Source of the DNA: Geosiphon pyriformis uo1 | Lineage: Eukaryota; Fungi; Glomeromycota | Assembly: GCA_016748015.1 (NCBI GenBank) | Contig: JAAOMT010000273.1 | Location: forward strand, 62,001 to 126,000 | Length of the DNA stretch: 64,000 nt | Direction of reading: 5' to 3' | Shown here: in pieces, positions 54,837 through 64,000 of the stretch | Layout of the letters: every line of letters begins with the position of its first letter | Position numbering within the stretch: the first letter of the stretch is position 1 | Notes under the pieces: generated by a model | Database searches by the model: none | The model's input: only the letters and a program-made list of their open reading frames with translations | What the model was told of the DNA's origin: nothing | Program-made: the position numbers and the translations under genes

Positions 54837-55947
54837 AGATATATGACTACTGATTTCTATAGTAGTTCAGTATAAACAATTTCTATAAGTCATTGAAATA
54901 TGGCCAGAGCATTCATCAAGCTAAATAGCATAATCTCAAATTCGAAATTTTTTTCTTGAATTGTAAAAGCCATTTTCTTCTTGTCTTCTGATTTTTATGG
55001 CTACTTGCCAGTAATTACTATCTAAGTCTAAAATTGAAAACTATTTCTTTCCTCCAAAAGCATTGAAAAGTTCTTAGATCTTTGGAGTCAGATAGCTATC
55101 TTTTGTTACTCTATTTAGTTTCTGGTAATTCACACAAAAACGGATTTTCCCATTTTTCTTATAGACTAATACCACTGGTGATGACCATGGACTCATTGAT
55201 GGCTGAATTAGCCTATTGTTAAGCATCTAATTGATTTCTTGACAAATGATCTCATGGCTGGCTGGTAATACTTGGTATGCTTTTTGTTTAATTGGCATTG
55301 TATTTCCAGTTTTGATTTGGTGCTGGATTATGTTAGTTCTGCCAAATTTGTTTTTACTGACAAAGATATTATTAAAATTGTTGAGTAATATTTTAAGCTG
55401 CATATGTTGTAATGGGTCTAGATTTCCCAAGTTCATCTGTTCCAATTGTTGTGGTTAGAGCAAATAATATTCTTTTTGTCCATATATTGTTTGAGATATG
55501 ATATCTACATATCTATACAGTTGTAGAAAATCTGGAATGGTGTTTGGCAGTTGGTCTTCAATTTTGGTGGTTAAATATTCAATAATAGTTTCTTCTGTTA
55601 TCTCAATAATGTTTTCTGTGTTGTTGTAAATGAGAATTTTGATGTGACTATGGTTTTTGGCTAGTATATGTAGATTGACTAATCCAATTTTTCCTGATTC
55701 ATAAAGTGTTGCTTCTGTCTTAAAAATCTGAACCTGATCTTTTACTTTTCTCTCTATAATTACTATGTACTAGTCATATGGTGGAATGAAAATTAATTGA
55801 TAGGTGGAAATAATTTCTTTCTTGTCAACAATTTTTTTCTCTACCATATTAACTGGTATATCTATTTTATCTGTGAATCTAAAACTCTGTATCTTTTTAG
55901 CTGTAATCCCTAATTCTTTCTTGTTTTATACTGATACTAATTAAGCT
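54837..55947 (-). pseudogene. Inverted segment of C pol (dUTPase C-terminus, spacer, RT N-terminal half)
   Basis: Re-inverting it restores LPLIKI|A*LVSV and VVIY|LDNT at the two junctions. Confidence 0.9.
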
Positions 55948-56734
55948 GGATAACACCAAAACATTTAATAATTATCTACACCATCTTTAACAAGTATTTG
56001 AAAGACTAAGAAGAGCCAGATTAAAATTAAATGCAACCAAGTGTTTCTTTAGAAAAACTGAACTCAAGTTTTTGGGACATATTGTAAGTAAAGACAGTAT
56101 TAAAATAAATTTAGATAAGATTGAAATTGTTAAGAATTTTCTAGTACCAAATAATCTTACAGAATTAAGAGCATTCTTGGGATTTGCTAAATACTACTGT
56201 CACTTTATCAAAGACTTTTCCAAAATAGCTCAACCACTATATCAACTCCAAACAAAAAACACCAAATACAAATAGACTGAAACCCAACAAAAAACCTTTG
56301 ACATACTGAGAAAAAAACTTATTCAAGCTCTAATATTAATCTATCCAGACCACAGCAAACCATTCATCATTACCACTAATACATCTGGTCAAGCATTAGG
56401 AGCTGTACTATTGCAAAAAGGACTGGAGAAACAAGAACACCCAGTAGCTTATGCCAGCAGAAGCTTAAATTCAGCTGAAAAAAACTATAGAACTCCAGCA
56501 CTAGAACATTTAATTATCTATTGGGCTGTTATCAAATAGAAAAAATACTTAAGTCAAAAGTTTGATGTATATACTAATCACAAGGGATTGACTTCAATCC
56601 AGAAGCAAGAATTTAGAGACAATTGCCATGCCAAATGGAAAATAGAACTTTTACCATTCAATTATACAATACATTACAAAAAAGGAAAAAAAAATAGAAA
56701 TGCTGATGGGTTGTCGAGGATAAAACAAATCTAA
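55948..56734 (+). pseudogene. C RT C-terminal half and RNase H
   Basis: FLGHIVS, LRAFLGFAKYY, VAYASRSL and NADGLSR followed by a stop. Confidence 0.9.
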
Positions 56735-56765
56735 AAACATTTCAACCCAAAAATATAACAAAAAG

Positions 56766-57356
56766 ATGAATATACAAAAATATCAACAACTTCAGCACTA
56801 TATAAATACCCAATTGTTCAAGAAAAAATTATCTCAAAAAGAACAAAACAACATAAAACAACAATCAAAATATTTTATCAACTACCAAAATATATTTTAC
56901 CAAAAAAACAAAAGAAATCCAGATCAATCAATCAAAGTAATTACAGAACTAGAGAAAGAAACAATACTATACAACATGTATTTAGATCTAACAATAAAAC
57001 ATTTTCATAAAGAAGCAACCATAAAAAAAACCAGAAAAAAATATTATTGGCCATTGTTATCCAAGTAGAAAAACCAATCCAAAGTTATGAAGAANNNNNN
57101 NNNNNNNNNNNNNNATTGTTCAAGAAAAAATTATCTCAAAAAGAACAAAACAACATAAAACAACAATCAAAATATTTTATCAACTACCAAAATATATTTT
57201 ACCAAAAAAACAAAAGAAATCCAGATCAATCAATCAAAGTAATTACAGAACTAGAGAAAGAAACAATACTATACAACATGTATTTAGATCTAACAATAAA
57301 ACATTTTCATAAAGAAGCAACCATAAAAAAAACCAGAAAAAAATATTATTGGCCAT
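56766..57356 (+). pseudogene. C integrase N-terminus (separate ORF; partly duplicated by the assembly)
   Basis: MNIQKYQQLQHYI...YYWP, interrupted by an E-type LTR start at 57357. Confidence 0.8.
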
Positions 57357-57450
57357 TGTTATCCAAGTAGAAAAACCAATCCAAAGTTATGAAGAAATGT
57401 GACCAAAATATGACATAATACAGAATAGCGTGTAATAACATTGGATAACA
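57357..57450. repeat. E-type LTR remnants at the C/B deletion junction
   Basis: Starts tgttatccaagtagaaaaacc, like the reverse complement of 6220-6258. Ends ttggataaca. Confidence 0.65.
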
Positions 57451-58880
57451 CGTTATTGTTTTTAGGAACTAGAGAATTGTTGTAATCTCTGGAAAAGTGT
57501 CCAGTTAATCTACATTAATAACACACAGGTGGGCCATAATTTTGCTGTCTTTGATAAAGGGGTAGCTGGAGCTAATTAAAACAGAGTTCAAATCTAGGTC
57601 TTTGAAATTGTTGATTCTTTTTAACTGTTTAGGTTAAGGACTCTAATAGTTAGACAAGATTGGTTGTGAGTCTATCTATCAATTGTTCATTGGAATTTGA
57701 AGTCTGAGCAGTAAAAGAAGTGACAGCCATTTAAAAAACAAGAGCCACAACAGGGACAGGAACAAAAACTAGAAGTATAGATCTCAAGTACATTCTTTGA
57801 TTGTTTTCTATTCTCTGAATAAATTCAATAGCCATATCTATTGTGAGATTATCTTTTAAAGCCAAAAAGAGCCAAAAAGCATAGGAAAGATCAGTTCTTA
57901 ATCCTTTTGTAAAAGAATGAATTTTTTGCTCTTCTGTTCAATTTTTTCTAAAGTCTATTCATTTGATTAGCTTTTTTATTGCTTTAGCATATTCAGTTAC
58001 TACTTTTTCTGGGTCTTGGGTTCTTTTTTTTAATTTCATGTGCTATTTAGATATTAATACTGGAATTCTGAATTTGTTTTCAAACTGGATGGTGAAAGAG
58101 GTGTTGTTTTTTTCAAAATTTGCTGGTGTTTATCTAATAATTTTTTGCTGAGCATTGGTATTGGTTTTTTGTGAAAACCAAGTAGCAGGAAAGTCTTAAA
58201 GATAGCCACCAACACTTTGGAACTTGTATTCATTATCATATTGGTTGGCTGTGATAGCTCTTTTAAAGTCATCCAACTATTTAATTAGATCTTATACATT
58301 ACTTCTGAATAATGATAATAAAGTGTTATTTCTTTGCTCTAGAGCAGTTTGTATATCTTAAAAGGCAGCCAGGATGTTTGCTTGTATAGGGTCATTAGCC
58401 ATTGGTTTAAAAATAACTGTTTGTGTGGAATATTCTAATTTACTTAAGAAAAAATCAAAAACAGAAGCAGTTTAATAACTTTCTTCTTCTGTTTCAAAAA
58501 AAATTTCAGCTAACTGGTGGGCAGCAATTCAGATATGAATTTGGTGATTCAGATATTCGAAATCAGGAGACTGTTGTTTAAAGATTGTGGAATATAAAAG
58601 CTAATTAATGCTGTTGTTTTTTCTTTAAAGTTGTCTTTAAAATAAGCTTGGTCAAAGTAATAAATTGTATAGACTGTGTAGGTTTTAGCTAAATGCTTAT
58701 TCAAAAACCAGTTCTAAAAGTCTTGGAATTGTCTACTGAATTGTTCATTAATGAGGAAACAAATCAAGCAGAAGGACAAAAAATTGAGTTTAATAAAGTC
58801 TAGGTTGTTTTTGTTGTATACTTCAATGTGTTCTTTTGATTGTTGTAACAGATATAAATAATCATTTATACAATAGGAAA
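57451..58880 (-). pseudogene. B gag, decayed
   Basis: Reverse complement is collinear with B2 gag 62101-63530. Confidence 0.9.
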
Positions 58881-58921
58881 CAAAGTGGATTTTGACAACT
58901 TTACAGAAAGCACTACTTTTA

Positions 58922-59622
58922 TGTTACAAGTTGGAGTAACAAGCTAATAGATAGCAAAAGAAAACAGAATTGTAAGATAATAAAAATAATCAAAGAAAAA
59001 ATTACAATATGAGAGTAAATTAAATAAGTAAGGATTCAATGTCCATATCAGTCTCATAAAAATCACAGCTGCAAATCTTTTCTGGAAATTTAAAGATAGA
59101 AAAATAGTTCATAATTGTTAACAAAATAACACTGCTGTTATTATTTTATGTCTTAACTTGGTAATTTTTAGAATTAATAACAGATATTTTTGTGTTTTTC
59201 AATCATTTTTTTATTTAATAAATTACAAGAGCAAGTAATCACTTCTCAGACTAATTCTAACAATACAAATTAAAAAAGAGGAAAAGATAAAATATGTAAA
59301 TGTCAACAAGTAATCTTTTATCCCAAAATGTTTAGATACTTGAAAATAGGGAAAAAAAAATAAGTAATATGAGAGAAAGTAATTGATAATGAGTTTTATT
59401 TCATTATTTTGATCATGTTTTTCTACAGTTAAGAAACTTATTGCTTATATAGCTATTGAAAGTAATCAATAACCAGATCAATGACTAGATTAATGATTAG
59501 GTTAATGGTCAAATTATTAATCAGGTTAATGATTATTATTTAAAAATAGGATGGCTAATTATATAATATTAGTGACTAATATATGTGATAACTAATAAAA
59601 AGTATGAGTTTTAACTATAATA
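58922..59622 (-). repeat. 5' LTR of B
   Basis: Reverse complement of 61299-62048. Followed by decayed PBS taaaagtagtgctttctgt (58903-58921). Confidence 0.92.
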
Positions 59623-60139
59623 CTATCATTGTAAATATTACCAAAGAATCTAATAAAATGATCACACATTTTAATCTAAATTAAATTATTTCTAAAATAA
59701 TATCACCTAACAAAGTTGTAAGCTTTCTACATATCTTATAAAACAAGCCAAAGCTTATGATCTTTTTTTAAAACATTCTTAATTAATGAATCCACAGCAA
59801 AAAAAGAAGACTGAATAGTAGTGTTCTTTAATACAGAAAAATTGTTATCACAAAAAATGTCAAAATTGCTACATGTTAATAAAATTTTATTAAAGAGTAT
59901 TTTAGAAAAAATCTTACAAGCAGTATTAATTAAGACAATTAATTTGGTGTTAATTAAAACTTTGTCTTATTTATAAGGCTTAAAAATTATTAACACTTAA
60001 GCTTTTTTTTATGAATAAAACACAGATTTACATACTAAACAAAAGTTCAAAAAATCCAAGAGCATTATAAAAACAGAAGCATTGCAATAATTTTATAGTT
60101 CATTATTAATCCCAGACAAACCAGCAGTCTTTTTGTCAG
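59623..60139 (-). pseudogene. LINE copy 2, RT N-terminal part
   Basis: QDM*KAYNFV at ~59720 and KTAGLSGINNEL at ~60110. Homologous to 1860-2360. Confidence 0.85.
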
Positions 60140-61094
60140 TATTACAAGTAATTATTTGGGGTCTCGAATCAAATAACAAATCCATAACCTAATACTATTA
60201 GCTGATATACTGGTTATAATCTGAAAATTGTTTGTATCTAAAGGTTTTGGTATTTGAAAGTTTTGTTGAGTTGGAGTTCTTTGTATAATAAACAGAAATT
60301 CAATAATTGTTTTCAGTAGCCTTCCGAAATCACAATTCTGTCAATCTTTTTCTCAGCTTAGTGGCTGGCAATTTTTTGGTAAGCAATTCATATTTCTTAT
60401 ATATTCTATTTACTCGTAAGAGTCTTTTACCAGGCAATTCTTGATGTTAATAACTCAGCACTTAATCTTTAATTAATTTAGTCAACAATAAAAAATAACA
60501 AAATAAAAGAAAAAAAAGAAAATAAAAGAAAAAAATGAAATAAGCCAAGGCAATAAATGTTGGTATTCTGTTAATAGCTGTAATCAAGAGCTATTGTTCC
60601 AAAGTGATTAAGTATCAATTACTATCAACATTTAGAGTTAATAGTAAGCAATTGGATTTAAGATGCTGAATAAGTATGTTTATTAATATTTTAAAATGAT
60701 ATGTTTTTTTTTAATTAGAAATAATAACTAATAAATTTATGTCTGAGGATTCTGTCTTTTTTGCTTTTATTTCTATTGCTATATATACATATTTTCTAGT
60801 TTTACAGGATTGCTTTGAATCATCTATTCTTGCTAGTTATTGCTTTGTTTTTTTATATTATAACTAATTATTCTATGTTATAATACATTATTTGACATTA
60901 TTACATGTTATTCTGTGTTATTTTGTATTATAACATATTATCTTACATTATAACACATTATTCTGTATTATTTTGTGTTATAACATGTTATTCTATGTTA
61001 TTATGTATTATTTTGTGTCTCTTCACATTTTGTCACATTTTTTCTCTAGGTTACATTTTTTTTTCTTTGATAGACTTTCTTTTTTCAAGTAATA
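60140..61094 (-). repeat. 3' LTR of element H (C-related), inserted in LINE copy 2
   Basis: tattacaagt...aagtaata. Followed by a PPT-like tract at 61095-61110 and an ORF3 tail. tgttattc array at 60860-61020. Confidence 0.8.
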
Positions 61095-61109
61095 TTATTT
61101 TCTCATTTT

Positions 61110-61229
61110 TAATATTGAGCTTCTGCAAAATCAGTTATGTCTGTTAGTAGAACTTCATTTGTGTAATGTTTGATGATTATGTTAACTATAATTCTTTGTA
61201 AATCTTCAAACTGTTGATTGGTCATTTGT
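61110..61229 (-). pseudogene. H ORF3 C-terminal fragment
   Basis: QMTNQQFEDLQRIIVNIIIKHYTNEV...DFAEAQY* aligns with D QLTNLQFQNLQQQINNTVLDYYSNI...DFDEA*. Confidence 0.72.
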
Positions 61230-61298
61230 TGTTACAGATAATTATTTGGAATCTTAATGCAAATAACAAACCCATAACTTGGTGCTCAATTGATATAT
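61230..61298 (-). repeat. End of another C-related LTR (I), inserted in H ORF3 and interrupted by B2
   Basis: tgttacagataattatttgg...cccataacttggtgctc matches the C-family U5 end. Confidence 0.75.
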
Positions 61299-62048
61299 TG
61301 TTACGGTTGAAACACATAGTTTTTATTAATTATCACATGTATTAGCCACTGATGTCATATAATTAGCCACCCTATTTTTAGATAGTGATCAATGACCTGA
61401 TCATTGACCTGATCATTGACCTGACTGTTGACCTGATCATTAACCTGATTATTGACCTGATCAATGACCTGATCATTGACTTGATCGTTAACCTGATTAT
61501 TGACCTGATCGTTGACCTGGTTGTTGACCACTTTAGATAGCTATATAAGTGATGATTCCCTTAGCTATAGAAAAACATGATCAAAGTAACAAAATAAACA
61601 ATATTAATTACTTCCTCTCATAATTGCTTATTCCCCTTTTCTTACCTTCAAGTATCTACTTGTTGGCATTCACATACCTTATCTTTTCCCCTTCTTGATT
61701 TGTATTTGTTAGAATTAGCCTGAAAAGCAATTGGCTTGCTCTTGTAATTCATTGAATAAAAAAATGATTGAAAAGTACAACAATACCTGTTATTGATTCT
61801 AAGAATCACCGAGTTGAGGCATAGAATAATAGCAGTGGTGTTATCTTGTTGACAATCACGGACTGTTCCTCTACCTTCAGATTTAAGAAAAGATTAGCGA
61901 CTGTGATTTTTATGAGACTGATCACGCACATTGAATTCCTACTTATTCAATTCGCTCCCTTATTGTAATTCCTTCTTTGTTTATTTCCATCACCATACAA
62001 TACTGTTCTCTCTTACTATCCGTTAGCTTGTTACTTCAACCTGTAACA
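61299..62048 (+). repeat. 5' LTR of B2 with 12-bp TGACCTGATCAT tandem array (~61386-61530)
   Basis: tgttacgg...ctgtaaca. TATA-like ctatataag at ~61542. Confidence 0.93.
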
Positions 62049-62054
62049 TAAAAG

Positions 62055-62071
62055 TGGTGCTCCCTGTGAGG
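62055..62071 (+). other. Primer binding site of B2
   Basis: TGGTGCTCCCTGTGAGG, 6 nt after the LTR. Its complement has a tRNA-like T-stem/acceptor end. Confidence 0.8.
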
Positions 62072-62100
62072 TTGTCAAAATTCACTTATTCCCTCATTGT

Positions 62101-63720
62101 ATGGGTGATTACTCATATCTGCCATAGCAATCAGAAGAACACTTTGCAGCACACAACAGAAACGACCAAAGTTTCATTGAACTTAATCCTCTGCCCTTCT
62201 GCTTGATCTGCTTCTCCCTTGAAAAACAATCCAGTAGACAATTCCAAGACTTTTGGAACTGGTTTCTGAACGAGCATTCAGCTGAAACCTACACAGCTTA
62301 TACAATCTATTACTTTGACCAAGCTTATTTTGAAAACGACTTTGAAGAAAGAAATAACAGTATCAATCAGCTCTTATATTCTGCAACCTTTGAACAACAG
62401 CCCCCTGATTTCAAATATCTGAATCATCAAATCCACATTTGGATTGCTGCCCATCAAGCAACTGAAACTTCCTTTGAAACAGAAGAAGAAAGTTACCAAA
62501 CTGCCCCTGTTTTTGATCTTTTATTAAGTGAATCAAACTCGTCTATACAAACAGTTACCCCTGAACCAATGGCTAATGACCCCATGCAAGCAAACATTCT
62601 GGCCGCCCTCCAAGGTATACAAACTGCTCTAGAGCGAAGAAACAACACCCCAATACCATTATTTAGAGGTGATGCACAAGATCCAATTGAATAGTTGGAT
62701 GACTTTGAAAGAGCTGCTACAGCCAATCAATATGACAATGAGTACAAGTTCCAAATTATTGGTGGCTACCTTCAAAGATCTCCTGCTATCTGGTTCTCAC
62801 AAGAAACAGATACCAACGCCCAGCAAAGAATCATTAGATGGATACCAGCAAATGTGGGGGAAATCAACACTTCTTTCACTACTCAGTTTGAAAACAAGTT
62901 CAGAACCCCAATATTAATATCAAAATGGCGTATGGAATTGGAAAGAAGAACCCAAGGTCCTGGTGAAGTTGTAACCGAATACGCCAAAGCAATCAGAAAG
63001 TTAATCAAACGAGTAGACACTGGAAGAAATTGGACAGAAGAGCAGAAAATTCACTCCTTCACAAAAGGATTGAGAACTGATCTATCGTATGCTTTTTGGC
63101 CCCTCCTGGTTCTGAAAGATAATCCCACCATGGATATGGCCATTGAATTAGCACAAAGAATTGAAGATAACCAAAGGATGCACTTGGGATCCACACTACC
63201 AGTTTTTGCTCCTGTTCCTGTTATGGCTTCTGCCCCTTAAATGACTGCTACTTCTTTTGCCACTCACACTCAAGATCCAAATGAACAGTTAATAGACAAA
63301 CTCACAGCAAATTTTGCTCGGTTATTAGAACCTTTAGCCCAAGCAGTCAGAGAAAATCAGCAACCACAAAGACCCAGATTTGAACCACACTTCAATCAGC
63401 CCCAGCAATCACCTTATCAAAGACAACAAAATAATGGTCTATCTGTATGCTATCGCTGTGGATTAACTAGACACTTTTTAAGAGATTGCAACAATCCTCC
63501 ACTGCCTCCACCAGTCCCCAGAAACAATGATGCTCAGAACAACAAGATCAACAACAACAATGTGCCCAACCAAAGACCCAATCATGCCAACATCAATTTC
63601 TTTGGAAAGGATCTCCTAGTTGAAGCCACTGTTTATTAGCCTTTAAACTGGCAGGCGCACCTCCAAAGGGTGAGAGTGCAAGCCAACCAGAAGAAAACCC
63701 CTTTTACACTTTTAACTTAA
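62101..63720 (+). pseudogene. B2 gag (retrotransposon gag domain and zinc knuckle), four nonsense codons
   Basis: FRGDAQDPIE*LDDFE, QGPGEVVTEY, FTKGLR and CYRCGLTRHFLRDC, all in one frame. Confidence 0.92.
63642..63703 (+). promoter_or_regulatory. Putative -1 ribosomal frameshift signal (U UUA AAC plus downstream structure)
   Basis: The heptamer is in the correct gag phase. The -1 frame is open from here to the window end. Confidence 0.7.
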
Positions 63721-64000
63721 CTAATGATGACCATAACATGGATGAATTAGCAATCAACTCCTCTGAATCTACAAGAAAGAAGAAGAAAGCCAAAGTTGAT
63801 TTCGTTCTAGACCCCAATAAAGCTTTTACATCAACTGCTGACAACAATGAGCCCCCAAAAGCCAAAGTTTTCAAGAACCCTCCAAAGTTGGAACCCCCAG
63901 AAATAGTACAAAAATCTGGTTCCTATTCTGTTGTCAAAGACCTTATAGAAACCCCAGCACATATAATCTTTGGCCAATTAATGACCCATTCACAATTCAG

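Larger units (their letters stand above)
49250..54838 (+). pseudogene. C gag-protease-Cys-rich domain-dUTPase, interrupted by two solo LTRs
   Basis: LILNSGSASSII at ~51565, CIDCGKK at 52762 and ASRSSLAKK...NAGYVENI...KIAQ at 54655-54836. Confidence 0.88.
48360..57356 (+). mobile_element. Gypsy element C inserted in B pol; 3'-truncated within integrase
   Basis: 5' LTR, PBS, gag, protease, Cys-rich domain, dUTPase, RT-RNase H and integrase N-terminus in order. No 3' LTR. Confidence 0.88.
33843..59622 (-). mobile_element. Gypsy element B inserted in LINE copy 2 RT; hosts A, C and solo LTRs; internally deleted
   Basis: 5' LTR 58922-59622 and 3' LTR 33843-44756 (split by A). Perfect TSD ctat at 33839-33842 and 59623-59626. 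The LINE frame FGNIYND|RINWIITD is restored on removal. Confidence 0.92.
61299..64000 (+). mobile_element. Gypsy element B2 (family B, least decayed), running off the window end
   Basis: 5' LTR, PBS, gag and pol start. Confidence 0.92.

Noticed and set aside
56813-57396. Exact 282-bp direct duplication (56813-57094 and 57115-57396)
   Set aside because: The copies are identical and flank a 20-N gap, which indicates an unmerged contig overlap rather than biology.
61386-61530. Regular 12-bp repeat array
   Set aside because: There are no unique spacers and no cas genes. It is an LTR U3 tandem repeat, not CRISPR.
2961-62917. Many 60-140 aa ORFs antisense or off-frame to retroelement genes (e.g. 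7826-8152, 36788-37096, 52087-52332, 60905-61147)
   Set aside because: They are shadows of Gln/Asn-rich gag or LTR repeats, with no independent protein motifs.

Overview
AT-rich eukaryotic repeat block with no recognisable host gene. It is probably fungal; the elements resemble Glomeromycotina repeats such as those of Geosiphon (recollection, not a search). Almost the whole window is a nest of retroelements. Two minus-strand LINE copies (APE-RT-RNase H) form the floor. About 15 Ty3/Gypsy LTR insertions from at least five LTR families sit on them, up to three LTR layers deep. Eight insertions are closed on both sides by 4-bp target-site duplications (TSDs). Coding regions are pseudogenised almost entirely by C>T/G>A transitions (RIP-like decay). 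The best-preserved elements share an unusual layout: one ORF encoding Gag-protease-Cys-rich domain-dUTPase-RT-RNase H, then integrase as a separate ORF, then a conserved uncharacterised ORF3 before the polypurine tract (PPT). Their LTRs carry a covarying hairpin with a palindromic loop, a candidate kissing-loop dimerisation signal. Rearrangements include an element bounded by inverted LTRs, a clean 1.1-kb inversion and a 360-bp in-frame duplication; family B has a UUUAAAC -1 frameshift signal. Letters A-J are my own labels. Boundaries come from manual reading.
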